A DNA stretch of 64,000 bases from the NCBI GenBank assembly GCA_902796905.1, contig CADBQU010000032.1, positions 992 to 64,991 on the forward strand, in the 5' to 3' direction. This document shows positions 28,950 through 38,618 of the stretch, in pieces. The position numbers and the translations under genes were made by a program. The first letter of the stretch is position 1. Each line of letters opens with the position of its first letter. Source of the DNA: Oscillospiraceae bacterium. GTDB lineage: Bacteria; Bacillota; Clostridia; Oscillospirales; Acutalibacteraceae. The notes beneath the pieces were generated by a model. It did not search any database and was not told the origin of the DNA. It saw only the letters and a list, made by a program, of their open reading frames with translations.

Positions 28950-31900
28950 TTACTGATTATTAAAATGCTTAATAATTCCCGTAGCTATTGCGTCCGCACA
29001 TTTATCGTTAAAGCTTGGGTCTATAATTTTTTGCAATTCGTTTGCATTAGACATAAATCCGTTTTCGGTTAAAACCACTGGACAATTGGAAATTCTGCTT
29101 AAATAAAAATAGTGCCATTTAACGCCGCTCCACGCAGTAACATCGTAAAGTTTTTTATCGGCCGTTGCATTATAAATATATTGCGCCGGCATTTTTGTAA
29201 ACGCATTAAAATGATATGCGTTAAAAGCACTGGGTTTTGCGCTGTCACTTGAATTTCTATGAATAGATACCGCAAAATGAGCGTTGGCGTTCCTTATTGA
29301 TAAAACACGCGTATCCTGCGAAAGTCTAACGTCGGAATTTCTGGTCATAACCACCGTGGCTCCGTAAGACTGTAGCTTTTTTTGTACCTTTTGCGCCAGC
29401 ATTAAAGCTAATTGCGATTCCCTTATGGTTACGCCTTTATTGTTTTTTGCCGTGGCTCCGTAATCGCTTCCGCCGTGCCCTGCGTCCACAACTATTTTTA
29501 CTCCCGAAAGATTATTTCCGCTTACATGCTTTGGATTTAAAAATTTAACAGTCATTTTTCCGGCGGAATCATAACTAACGGTATATCCGTAAAAAGCTCC
29601 TTTTTCTCTTAAATTAAGCCTTAAAGTATATCCCCTTGAATTTTTAATTAAACTGCTGGAAGAAAACAACGGACTGTTAGCCGCATTAAAACTTCCCGAA
29701 AAGCTTTTTAAATTAGGTAAATATATCTCTACATAAGAATAAGTTACGCTTCCCAAAGTATAATCCTGCTTTGAAGGATTTGTATAGCTTTGCGGAAGAA
29801 CGTCTATATTGTACGGTGCTTTATACGTAGAATTTAAAGTAAGGGTTGTATATTGTCCCGAAGTCGAAAATCCCGCAACCGACACTTTATGTTCGGGCAA
29901 AGAACCGTAATATGTTTTAACGCAGGTACCGTTTGAATTTTTTTCGTAAACTCTTTTTCCGTAATCCAATTTATAATAGTACATTCCGTTGGCGTATATT
30001 TTGGCTCCACTGACATAATCCGTTACCCCTTGGCAAAGATAAGCGTTTGTGGGTCTGGAATAATCGTCTCTTGTATCTCCGTTAAAGGTTTCTATTTGAA
30101 ACTTAGTAACTTCTGCTATTTGTTTGTTCCCCGGCAATACGCCCAAATATTTTATTCCTCCCGAAGTATTTCCGCCGGAGGATGGATTGTTTCCGCTTGA
30201 AGGCTTATTGCTGCTTGAAGGCTTATTGCTGCTTGAAGGCTTATTGCTGCTTATAGGCGCAGAAACCGCTTTTTTAACCGTTATACTGCCGCTTTGCATA
30301 CTTTCGGTATTTCCGTTATACGCCGCCGTAAACTTTACTCTTCCTAAATTTTGTGCCGTAGATTTACCTGCAGGCAAAATAAACGTTCCCGTAAATTTAA
30401 CAAAATCGGCCGGTGCGGGGTCGGTTGTTTCTTTGCCGGAGTAAGACCTTTCCAACGTTATTTTTTTACCGTTAAAAGAAGCCTGAACCGTACTGCCGGC
30501 ACGGGCTATTGCCGTTACGCCGAATTCCATATTTCCTTCAAAAGTGTAAGAGGTAGAAGGGTCTATGGATTTTAAAACAACATATCTGTAATTAATACTG
30601 AGTTTTTTGGTTTCGCCTTTATGTGTAAATGTAAAATTGTTTTGTCCTACCTTTAAATCTTGCTGAAAAGAGAAAAATCCGTCGCTGGTGCGTTCTATCT
30701 TTTTACCGTCCATAGTAAGCTCAAATTCCGGGTCAGAAGCACCGGAAATAGCTATAGATGAATTGGTGGTAGTGCTATCTAAACTTGCGGGAGAATTAAA
30801 TGTTAAACCTTTGGGAGAATAATTTTTCATTTTTCCCTGCATATATTTTATTGCCGCAGCTCCGGCACCGGTTTTATCGTTTGTTAAAGCCGAAAAACTG
30901 TCAAAACAAAGCATTCCCGAGTTTATATCGTTTAAAACCATAAGCTCTCTTGTAAGCTGGTCGGGATTTTTATATTCGTTATTTATTTTACTGCTGTAAA
31001 GCAAAAAGCCGAATCTGCTGTTGGAATTTTGCGCTTTTCCGCTTATATACTCCGCCATTTCTTTAAACGGCAAAGAAGCGTTATCGGTAGCCCCTAAATC
31101 GCAAGCTATTACCAAATCAAAAATATTTTGTTCTAAAACGCTTATAATATTTATACCGTTTTCAGCCGTAACGGTTTTATCTGCCGAATTATATCCGCAA
31201 CCTAAAAATGCACCGAAATATTTATTATCGCATACCTTTTTAAAATTATAAGAAAGCGTTTTTAATTTAGCCGCCGAAAGCTTTTCGCAATAGGCACCGA
31301 AACCGCTGTAATTACCTTCGTTTAAGTAAGCCGCGTATATATCGTTACCGTATGAAAACTCAAGATTTTCTACCGTAACGCCCGCTAAAAATATATTGTT
31401 TTTTAAAGAAGCGGCAACTTTACCCAAATATTCCCCTGTTTTTTGAATATCTTGGCTTAATAAATCTTTATTTAAAACAAAATTTATATACGGCTTAATT
31501 TGGTTTGCCGAGCACTTTGCCAAAACCGTATTTAAATCGTTTTCGGTAACTTTATCTAAAGAATAATCGCTTCCGTTTAACAAAACTTCGCAATTTAAAA
31601 ACACGGTATTAAAACCTATTTCTTTAACCTTTAAAATTACCGATTCCGCCGATTCGTCCGTTATGCTTTCTCCTAAATCCGTTTTAAGCGAAAGCTTTAC
31701 TCCGTTAACCGTATCGGAATTTGCAAGCAAGGTTATTTTGCCGTCGCTTAAGGTTTCGTTTATTATATTTGTTACTTCTTTAGACTCTGTTTTGGTTTTG
31801 TTTAAAAGTCCTTTTATAAAATTTTGACCTAAAGGAACGCAGCAAAATGCCGCCGATAAAACCAATACCACCGAAAGAACCACGGCTATAGGAATTAAAA

Positions 31901-32006
31901 ATCTGGGATATTGGGGTCTCATTCTCCTATCCCTTCTTCTTACCGGCTCGTTGGCTTTTTCCACTATTTTTTGTTCGTTAATTTTTATTTCTTCCTTATC
32001 CATCAT
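28950..32006 (-). CDS. Large membrane-anchored cell-wall protein with C-terminal N-acetylmuramoyl-L-alanine amidase (Amidase_3) domain
   Basis: 1018 aa with an N-terminal TM anchor. The C-terminal domain has 'IVVDAGHGGSDYGA', 'VSIHRNS' and 'VLTENGFMSN'. Contains an 'SSNKPS' x3 linker. Start overlaps the stop of the upstream gene (ATGATGA). Confidence 0.8.
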   Translation of the reverse strand: MMDKEEIKINEQKIVEKANEPVRRRDRRMRPQYPRFLIPIAVVLSVVLVLSAAFCCVPLGQNFIKGLLNKTKTESKEVTNIINETLSDGKITLLANSDTVNGVKLSLKTDLGESITDESAESVILKVKEIGFNTVFLNCEVLLNGSDYSLDKVTENDLNTVLAKCSANQIKPYINFVLNKDLLSQDIQKTGEYLGKVAASLKNNIFLAGVTVENLEFSYGNDIYAAYLNEGNYSGFGAYCEKLSAAKLKTLSYNFKKVCDNKYFGAFLGCGYNSADKTVTAENGINIISVLEQNIFDLVIACDLGATDNASLPFKEMAEYISGKAQNSNSRFGFLLYSSKINNEYKNPDQLTRELMVLNDINSGMLCFDSFSALTNDKTGAGAAAIKYMQGKMKNYSPKGLTFNSPASLDSTTTNSSIAISGASDPEFELTMDGKKIERTSDGFFSFQQDLKVGQNNFTFTHKGETKKLSINYRYVVLKSIDPSTSYTFEGNMEFGVTAIARAGSTVQASFNGKKITLERSYSGKETTDPAPADFVKFTGTFILPAGKSTAQNLGRVKFTAAYNGNTESMQSGSITVKKAVSAPISSNKPSSSNKPSSSNKPSSGNNPSSGGNTSGGIKYLGVLPGNKQIAEVTKFQIETFNGDTRDDYSRPTNAYLCQGVTDYVSGAKIYANGMYYYKLDYGKRVYEKNSNGTCVKTYYGSLPEHKVSVAGFSTSGQYTTLTLNSTYKAPYNIDVLPQSYTNPSKQDYTLGSVTYSYVEIYLPNLKSFSGSFNAANSPLFSSSSLIKNSRGYTLRLNLREKGAFYGYTVSYDSAGKMTVKFLNPKHVSGNNLSGVKIVVDAGHGGSDYGATAKNNKGVTIRESQLALMLAQKVQKKLQSYGATVVMTRNSDVRLSQDTRVLSIRNANAHFAVSIHRNSSDSAKPSAFNAYHFNAFTKMPAQYIYNATADKKLYDVTAWSGVKWHYFYLSRISNCPVVLTENGFMSNANELQKIIDPSFNDKCADAIATGIIKHFNNQ
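30195..30248. repeat. In-frame coding tandem repeat, 3 x 18 bp
   Basis: gcttgaaggcttattgct occurs three times with perfect identity. On the minus strand it encodes (SSNKPS)3 in the amidase linker. Confidence 0.95.
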
Positions 32007-33556
32007 ATCACCGATTTCATATTGTCGCGTTGTTTAGTATTTAAATCATTTGTGCTGAAAAATGTATCATAATCAAAAATGCAAAATCCGCGGTATTTAC
32101 TTCCCAGCATACTTTTTGCGTCCTGCACCTGGCGTTTTAAAATAGTGGTGTCGGTTTTCCACTCATCGCTTCCGCCGTCTGAAGCCAAACCTATTTTATA
32201 TGCTCCCAATCCCACTATAAGGCTTATATTGCCGTTAGTAACCAGCGCTTTCCACTGGTTTAAGCATTTTTTATAATCCAGGGTTTTATGTTTATATCCA
32301 AAATATATCTGCGGCATAACATAATCCATATATCCGCTGCTTCTGCCCCAAAGCGAAACATCCGCGTATAAATCGTAATAATTGTTGTTTATATTACCTG
32401 CAGGGCTTATGCCAAACTTTATTTTTGAATTTTTACTTTTAACGGCAGAATATATGTCTTTAACCAAAATATTAATATTGTTTCTTCTGAAATCCTCAAG
32501 CTTTTTACCTGCACCGTAGGTTTTATATGCGGCGCTGTCAAAAGAAGCTGCGGTAGTGGGATAAAAATAATCATCTATATGCAATGCGTCAACTTTATAT
32601 TTACTTACTATTTCTTTTGCGCCGTTTATAATTAAATTCCTGGTTTCTGCATAAGCCGGATTTAAATACCAGTAATTCCCGCTTAAAACCACATAGGTTC
32701 CTTTTTTGTTTTTATCGTTATACCACTGTTTTGTTAAATAATTATTTGGCGTTGCCGCCATAACGCTTGTAGCCGCAAGCCTTAAAGGGTTAAACCAACC
32801 GTGGAACGAAAGACCCCTTTTATGTGCCTCGTTTACCATTATTGCCGTAGGGTCGTAACCCGGAGCCTTGCCGACGGTACCGCTGCAAAACTTTGACCAC
32901 GGATAATAAGAGGATGGGTAAAAAGAATCTCCGTTGGGACGAAGCTGCACCACAACGGTATTAAACCCGTAATTTTTTATTTTTTGCATTATTGCGCTTA
33001 TTTTACTTGTAAACTGCGAAGCGCTTTTGCTTGCGTTAAATACGCTTTCCAAATTCCATTGGGAAAGCCAAATTGCCTTTGTGTTAGAGGCATAGTAAGT
33101 AGGATTATAACAGCCTGAATTATTTCCGCCCGTATTTCCTGTGTTGCCTGTATTTCCTCCCGTATTGCCGTTAGACGGTTTGCTGCTTATGATTGCAGAG
33201 CCATTACCCGAAGAAGATTTTAAAGATGAATTTAAATTACTTCCGCCGCTGTTATTGCTTATTACAAACGAAGACCCGTTATAATAGCCGGAATTTGAAT
33301 TTTTAAAATCGGAAGAATTATTATTGTTTGTATTTGAATTACTGCTTAAAATATCGTCAAAATAAATAATATCGCCGTTAGATGTATTAAGCTCAGGATT
33401 TTCCGGATTATCGTAATAAGGGTTATCCGCAGTATTATAAAAATCTTCGCTTTCGTCATGCAAAAGCACATCCTGTTTTTCGCAAGACGAAAATACCGTT
33501 GTAATAAGCACTGCAACGGTTATTAACGCGAATATTTTTTTAATAATTTTTTTCAT
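32003..33556 (-). CDS. Glycosyl-hydrolase-like family 10 (GHL10 / YngK-like) lipoprotein
   Basis: Start at the ATG at 33556, giving 'MKKIIKKIFALITVAVLITTVFSSC' (lipobox). Core motifs 'GFNTVVVQLRPNGDSFYPS', 'GLSFHGWFNP' and 'DALHIDDYFYP'. An N/S/G-rich linker follows the lipobox. Confidence 0.8.
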   Translation of the reverse strand: MKKIIKKIFALITVAVLITTVFSSCEKQDVLLHDESEDFYNTADNPYYDNPENPELNTSNGDIIYFDDILSSNSNTNNNNSSDFKNSNSGYYNGSSFVISNNSGGSNLNSSLKSSSGNGSAIISSKPSNGNTGGNTGNTGNTGGNNSGCYNPTYYASNTKAIWLSQWNLESVFNASKSASQFTSKISAIMQKIKNYGFNTVVVQLRPNGDSFYPSSYYPWSKFCSGTVGKAPGYDPTAIMVNEAHKRGLSFHGWFNPLRLAATSVMAATPNNYLTKQWYNDKNKKGTYVVLSGNYWYLNPAYAETRNLIINGAKEIVSKYKVDALHIDDYFYPTTAASFDSAAYKTYGAGKKLEDFRRNNINILVKDIYSAVKSKNSKIKFGISPAGNINNNYYDLYADVSLWGRSSGYMDYVMPQIYFGYKHKTLDYKKCLNQWKALVTNGNISLIVGLGAYKIGLASDGGSDEWKTDTTILKRQVQDAKSMLGSKYRGFCIFDYDTFFSTNDLNTKQRDNMKSVI

Positions 33557-33614
33557 AACAGTTACCCTTAAAAATAAAAAAATTATCGGTTGAATTTTAT
33601 TTAAAGTGCATACC

Positions 33615-33695
33615 GGCGGCGAAAACGCTTTGGCGTTTTTAAGCCCAAACTGTGGTTTGGGCTTAAAGAACAAAATAAATTTTGTTCTTCGCCGC
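33615..33695. repeat. FWJ intergenic element, divergent variant
   Basis: Outer stem ggcggcgaa/ttcgccgc. Hairpins aaacgc-tttg-gcgttt, ttaagcccaaac-tgtg-gtttgggcttaa and agaacaaaat-aaa-ttttgttct. Confidence 0.85.
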
Positions 33696-33702
33696 TTAAA
33701 AA

Positions 33703-34410
33703 TTACAACAATTTCCCAAAAACTTCCGTAAAGTCAGGCGAAGAAGCCATTGAAAAATATTTATCGTTTGCTACTATTATATGGTCATATAAAGAAATTT
33801 TTAAATATTTTAAAGCTTGGGAAAGCTGAATTGTGGTTCGGCGGTCGTTAATGCTGGGTTCCGGTAAGCCGTTGGGATGATTATGAGATAAAATAATTCC
33901 CGAAGCATTGTGTTTCATGGCGGTTTCGGCTATAAGCCTTGTATTTATATCTACCGTATTAACGCTGCCCGAAAACATTTCCTCGCATACTATTATTTTA
34001 TTTTTATTATCCAAACACATAACTATAACTTTTTCTTTCGGCTCGCCTTTAAATAAATTTAAAAAGTACTTTGCGGCTTCGGGCAAAGAGTGAATAATAT
34101 CGCAAAAATTGTTCTGTTCGGTTTCATAACGCCTAAACATAGGAACCAGCATTTTAATTAAAATTGCCGAATTTTTACTTATGCCGTTAACCTTTATTAA
34201 CTGGCTGTAATCCGCATTTAAAACTCCCGCAAAAGAGCCGAAAGTTTTTATAAGATTATGTGCTATTTCATTTGTATCCATTCTGGGTATAGCATAAAAA
34301 AGCAACATTTCCAGCACTTTGTGGTCGGGCATACTTAAAGGCATACCCTCTTTTAAAAACTGTTCTTTTACTCTCATCCTATGCCCTTCGTGGACATTTT
34401 CTTTTGCCAT
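33703..34410 (-). CDS. radC: RadC-family JAB-domain protein
   Basis: 'SHNHPNGLPEPSINDRRTT' is the JAMM-like motif. There is an N-terminal HhH-like region. Start at the ATG at 34410, with GGAAGAGGA upstream. Confidence 0.85.
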   Translation of the reverse strand: MAKENVHEGHRMRVKEQFLKEGMPLSMPDHKVLEMLLFYAIPRMDTNEIAHNLIKTFGSFAGVLNADYSQLIKVNGISKNSAILIKMLVPMFRRYETEQNNFCDIIHSLPEAAKYFLNLFKGEPKEKVIVMCLDNKNKIIVCEEMFSGSVNTVDINTRLIAETAMKHNASGIILSHNHPNGLPEPSINDRRTTIQLSQALKYLKISLYDHIIVANDKYFSMASSPDFTEVFGKLL

Positions 34411-34611
34411 AAATCCTCTTCCCAATTTTTTAGTTTTTTCTTTTTTATAATTAATGTTTTAATTTAAGTAAAAATCATTCACTACCAACATTATATTTAT
34501 TCTATTATATTTTATAACATTTATTTAAATTTGTAAAGATTATAAAAAGCAAAATTTGCAAAGGCAAAAATTGCCTTTGCAAAATATTATAAATTTAAAT
34601 GTTTTTATATA

Positions 34612-35289
34612 TTATTTTCGCTTGCCTAAACGTTTTTCCAATTCTTTGCTTAAAAACAGCGTTTTTTCGTATTCTTCTTTTTTTCGTTCAACAAAAGCTA
34701 AGCTTTCGGCCTTTTTTTGTAAACTTTTAAGCTTTTTGTTTAAAAGTGCTTTAGCGCTTTTTTCGTTTAAATCCAAAGCTCCTACAACGGGAAACAATAT
34801 ATCGTTATTTATAATGCCTTTTGTTTTTGCGGGAACAGCGCAAAAAACATTATAATATCTGCCGGCAGATAAAACCGCTTTATGTTTTTTAATTATGTAT
34901 CCGTTTTTATTTAAATAATCCAAAAGTTTTTCGCTGCAGGTCATAGGCTGCAAATAAAGCGGAAAAGTTATTTTAAAAGGAGCGGTGCTTATAATATCTA
35001 TAATTGTATCTCCGCCCATCCCTGCAATAACCGCTGCGGATATTTCATTTTGCTTATATTGGCTAAAACCAAAAGAAAGGCGCAGCGAAATATAATCTGC
35101 CACGCCTTCTTTTTTTATGTTTAAACTTCCCTTTTTAAGGGGTAAGGGCTTTACATCCGAAGCTATAACTCTTTCGGCCTTTTTTGTTTTAATTAAATAA
35201 ATACTTAAATAGGCATGGTCGCAACCGATATCCGCAATGGTTTTATGTTTTTCTATTAAAGAACACAAAGCCGTTAGTCTTTTATCCAT
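34612..35289 (-). CDS. trmK: tRNA (adenine22-N1)-methyltransferase TrmK
   Basis: 'ADIGCDHAYLSIYLI' and 'VIASDV...PL' SAM-binding N-terminus. The C-terminal coiled-coil domain is typical of TrmK/YqfN. Confidence 0.85.
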   Translation of the reverse strand: MDKRLTALCSLIEKHKTIADIGCDHAYLSIYLIKTKKAERVIASDVKPLPLKKGSLNIKKEGVADYISLRLSFGFSQYKQNEISAAVIAGMGGDTIIDIISTAPFKITFPLYLQPMTCSEKLLDYLNKNGYIIKKHKAVLSAGRYYNVFCAVPAKTKGIINNDILFPVVGALDLNEKSAKALLNKKLKSLQKKAESLAFVERKKEEYEKTLFLSKELEKRLGKRK

Positions 35290-35428
35290 TTTTTGCTCCG
35301 TTTTTTAAATTAATAATAAAACAAAAAATTTTTACTTTATTTTTTATTTTGTTTTTTATGTTTTATTTTATTTTGTTTTATTTTGTTTTATTTTATTTTT
35401 TACTTTATTATTAACTAAAGTTTGTGCC

Positions 35429-35530
35429 GCGGCGAAAGCCAAAAACAAAAATTATGATTTTTGTTTTTGAGCAAAAGCAAAGCTTTTGCAAATCAATAAA
35501 TTTAAAAATTTATTGATTTGTTTTCGCCGC
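35429..35530 (+). repeat. FWJ intergenic element, A-B-X (third module replaced)
   Basis: Outer stem gcggcgaaa/tttcgccgc. Hairpins caaaaacaaaaat-tatg-atttttgtttttg and gcaaaagc-aaa-gcttttgc, plus a novel AT hairpin aaatcaataaattt-aaa-aatttattgattt. Confidence 0.85.
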
Positions 35531-35580
35531 ATTGTTTGCACTGTTTTTATTTTTGCATTTTAAATTCGGTTTGGTTTTAT

Positions 35581-35790
35581 TTAACCTTTTATATGCTTGT
35601 TAATTTTTTCTACCAAAGCGTCGGCGTCGGTTCCGTGTACGGAGCAAGCCTCTGCAATGCTTTCGCTTCTTGCCGAAGGGCAGCCCAAGCAGTGCATACC
35701 TATTTCAAAGAAAAATTCCGCCGTAGAAGGATCAAAATCCAAAACGTCTCCTATAATGCTGTCTTTTGTAATTTCCATTTTATTTTCCAT
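35581..35790 (-). CDS. DUF1858 / hybrid-cluster-protein-associated redox disulfide domain protein
   Basis: 'IGMHCLGCPSARSESIAEACSVHGTD' motif. Start is at the ATG at 35790 or 35778. The track ORF start at 35901 runs through a repeat copy. Confidence 0.7.
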   Translation of the reverse strand: MENKMEITKDSIIGDVLDFDPSTAEFFFEIGMHCLGCPSARSESIAEACSVHGTDADALVEKINKHIKG

Positions 35791-35842
35791 CCTTTCTAAA
35801 CAATTATATGTACTTTTTGCTTTTTTATTTAATTTATTGTAC

Positions 35843-35932
35843 GGCGGCAGCCCAAAGCCCTTTGGGCTTTGCAAAAGCAAGTTTGCTTTTGCCCAAAACA
35901 AAAATATATTTTTGTTTTGGGGCTTGCCGCCC
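35843..35932 (-). repeat. FWJ intergenic element, order C-B-A
   Basis: Outer stem ggcggcagccc/ggggcttgccgcc (one bulge). Hairpins caaagccc-ttt-gggctttg, caaaagcaa-gt-ttgcttttg and cccaaaacaaaaat..atttttgttttggg. Confidence 0.9.
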
Positions 35933-35940
35933 TTTATTTT

Positions 35941-37470
35941 TTATTTTTTATGCTTTATTAAAGAATGTCCGTCCATCTGTACCGGTTTTTCTATTCCCAA
36001 CATTTCCAACATTGTGGGAGAAATGTCGCAAAGTCTTCCGCCGTCTTCAAGTTCGCATTTGTAACCTACTATACAAAACGGAACAGGAAAAGTAGTATGT
36101 GCCGTAAACGGAGAACCGTCGGCATCTATCATTTTATCGGCATTGCCGTGATCCGCCGTTATAATAACCGCTCCGCCTTTATCTGTTGCGGCTTTTACAA
36201 CTCTGCCTACGCATTCGTCTACGGTTTCCACAGCTTTTACCGCCGCGTCAAAAATACCGGTATGTCCTACCATATCACAGTTGGCAAAGTTTAAAATAAT
36301 AACATCGTATTTATCGCTCGCTATTGCTTTTTCTACCTGTTCGCATACCGGATAAGCGCTCATTTCGGGTTTTAAATCAAAAGTTGCAACATCCGGTGTG
36401 GGAACCAATATTCTGTCTTCCCCTTTAAACTTAACTTCGTTTCCGCCGTTAAAAAAGAATGTAACGTGAGCGTACTTTGTGGTTTCGGCTATTCTAAGCT
36501 GAGTTTTACCGTTTTTAGATAATGTTTCGCCCATGGTCATATCTAAGCTCTTGGGAGCAAATGCCACCGAAACATTGGGCATTGTGGCGTCGTATTCCGT
36601 CATACAAACAAAATTAACTTTCACGGTTCTTTCACGCTTAAATCCGTTAAAAGAATCATCGCAAAAAGCTCTGGTTAATTCTCTTGCTCTGTCGGGACGG
36701 AAGTTAAAGAATATAACGCTGTCTTTATCCAAAACCTTTCCGCCGCCGGCAATTACCGTAGGAATAACAAATTCATCCGTTAAATGTTTTCCGTCGCCGT
36801 CTATTGTTTCGTAAGATTTTTTTGTGGCTTCTATAGCGTCGTTTTCTTTAATGCCTTCGGCATTTACAATAGCGTTGTAAGCCATTTCAACTCTGTCCCA
36901 TTGAGTATCTCTGTCCATACCGTAGTATCTTCCCATAACGGTAGCAATTTTTCCAACGCCTATTTTTTTAATTTCTTCGGATAACTCCGCTAAATATTCA
37001 ACTCCGCTTGTAGGCGCCACATCGCGTCCGTCAAGCATAGCGTGAATATATACGTTTTCAACTCCGTTTAATTTTGCCATTTTAAGCAAAGCATAAAGAT
37101 GTTCGATATGGCTGTGAACTCCTCCGGGAGATACCAAACCCATTAAATGCAATGAATGTTCTTTTGCATTTTTAACTGCGTTAAGTAAAACGGGGTTTGT
37201 AAAAAAGTCTCCGTCTTTAATGGATTTTGTTATACGGGTAAGCTCTTGGTAAACAACCCTGCCGGCTCCTATATTTGTATGTCCTACTTCGCTGTTTCCC
37301 ATTTGTCCTTCCGGCAAACCTACGTCCATTCCGGAAGCTCCTATATATGTTATTGGGTTTTCCGCAAACAATTTATCCAAATTAGGTGTTTTTGCGGCTT
37401 TAATGGCATTGCCTTTGGTTTCGGGGTTATTGCCGAAACCGTCCATAATAGTTAAAACTAAAGGTTTCAA
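35941..37470 (-). CDS. gpmI: 2,3-bisphosphoglycerate-independent phosphoglycerate mutase
   Basis: 509 aa. 'LTIMDGFG', 'GNSEVGHTNIGAGR' and 'ITADHGNAD' motifs. TTG start with AAGGAGG upstream. Confidence 0.96.
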   Translation of the reverse strand: MKPLVLTIMDGFGNNPETKGNAIKAAKTPNLDKLFAENPITYIGASGMDVGLPEGQMGNSEVGHTNIGAGRVVYQELTRITKSIKDGDFFTNPVLLNAVKNAKEHSLHLMGLVSPGGVHSHIEHLYALLKMAKLNGVENVYIHAMLDGRDVAPTSGVEYLAELSEEIKKIGVGKIATVMGRYYGMDRDTQWDRVEMAYNAIVNAEGIKENDAIEATKKSYETIDGDGKHLTDEFVIPTVIAGGGKVLDKDSVIFFNFRPDRARELTRAFCDDSFNGFKRERTVKVNFVCMTEYDATMPNVSVAFAPKSLDMTMGETLSKNGKTQLRIAETTKYAHVTFFFNGGNEVKFKGEDRILVPTPDVATFDLKPEMSAYPVCEQVEKAIASDKYDVIILNFANCDMVGHTGIFDAAVKAVETVDECVGRVVKAATDKGGAVIITADHGNADKMIDADGSPFTAHTTFPVPFCIVGYKCELEDGGRLCDISPTMLEMLGIEKPVQMDGHSLIKHKK

Positions 37471-37539
37471 AATTTTTCCTCCTTAAAAAATCGCTGCGGC
37501 TTTAACGCCCTAAAGCATTTTTACCGTTGTTTGCCTAAA

Positions 37540-37631
37540 CGAAGCCCAAAGCCCGAATTTTTCGGGCTTTGCAAAAGCAAAAGAATTTGCTTTTGCACAA
37601 AACAAAAATAAATTTTTGTTTTGTGGCTTCG
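37540..37631 (-). repeat. FWJ intergenic element, order C-B-A, inside the pgk-tpiA-gpmI cluster
   Basis: Outer stem cgaagcc/ggcttcg. Hairpins caaagcccgaa-ttt-ttcgggctttg, caaaagcaaa..tttgcttttg and cacaaaacaaaaat..atttttgttttgtg. Confidence 0.9.
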
Positions 37632-37648
37632 CCCCCCGTTTTTAATCT

Positions 37649-38419
37649 TTAGCCGTTTGCGGCAGCTTTTACGATTACTGAAAAATCTTCGGCTTTTAAA
37701 GAGGCGCCGCCTATAAGTCCGCCGTCAATGTCTTCTTTGCTTAATAATTCCGCGGCGTTTTTGGCATTCATAGAACCGCCGTATTGAATAGTAAGAGCAT
37801 TTGCGGCTTTTTCGCCGTAAAGACCTTTTACAACATTTCTTATGTGTGCGCAAACTTCTTCGGCCTCTTCTGCGGTAGCGGTTTTGCCTGTACCTATTGC
37901 CCATACCGGCTCGTAAGCAATTACAACATTTTTAAGCTGTTCTTCGCTTAATCCCAAAAGAGCTATTTTTGTTTGCATAGAAATAAGTTCGGATGTAATT
38001 CCCTGTTCTCTTTGAGTTAATGTTTCGCCTACGCAAATAATTGCTTTAAGACCTGCGTTTATGGCTGCGGTAGCTCTTTTATTTACCGTTTCGTCTGTTT
38101 CGCCAAAATACTGTCTGCGTTCGCTATGGCCTATAATTACATATTCTACGCCCATTTCTTTAAGCATATCTGCCGAAATTTCTCCGGTAAAGGCTCCGCT
38201 TTTTTCAAAATGGCAATTTTCGGCTCCTATTTTAATATTAGAACCTTCTGCGGTTTTTAATGCCGGACAAAGATCTACAAAAGGTACGCACAAAAGAACT
38301 TCACAGCCGTTTGTTTGTACCAAAGGTTTCATTTGTGCAATAAGCTCTTTGGTTTCGTTAGGGGTTTTATTCATTTTCCAGTTACCGGCAATAATAGCCT
38401 TTCTTAAATCTTTTTTCAT
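37649..38419 (-). CDS. tpiA: Triosephosphate isomerase
   Basis: 256 aa. 'AGNWKMN', 'IIGHSERR' and 'AYEPVWAIGTGKTA' motifs. Confidence 0.97.
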   Translation of the reverse strand: MKKDLRKAIIAGNWKMNKTPNETKELIAQMKPLVQTNGCEVLLCVPFVDLCPALKTAEGSNIKIGAENCHFEKSGAFTGEISADMLKEMGVEYVIIGHSERRQYFGETDETVNKRATAAINAGLKAIICVGETLTQREQGITSELISMQTKIALLGLSEEQLKNVVIAYEPVWAIGTGKTATAEEAEEVCAHIRNVVKGLYGEKAANALTIQYGGSMNAKNAAELLSKEDIDGGLIGGASLKAEDFSVIVKAAANG

Positions 38420-38580
38420 AGTTATACCTTCTTTTAATAATAATTTATAATAATTTTATTTTTATCTGTTTTAAATCCGCTTTATTTATATGTTTACTTC
38501 TGTAATTTTTGTAATTTTAACGGAATATTATGTATTTATATTTTTATATATGCATACTGTTTATAAATCTTTATAAATAC

Positions 38581-38615
38581 TTTTTGGCGGAAGAAGTTTT
38601 TTCTTCCGCCAAAAA
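38581..38615. other. 15-bp intercistronic hairpin just downstream of pgk
   Basis: tttttggcggaagaa-gtttt-ttcttccgccaaaaa. It has no U-run after the stem on the transcribed (minus) strand, so it is not a classical terminator. Confidence 0.4.
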
Positions 38616-38618
38616 AAT

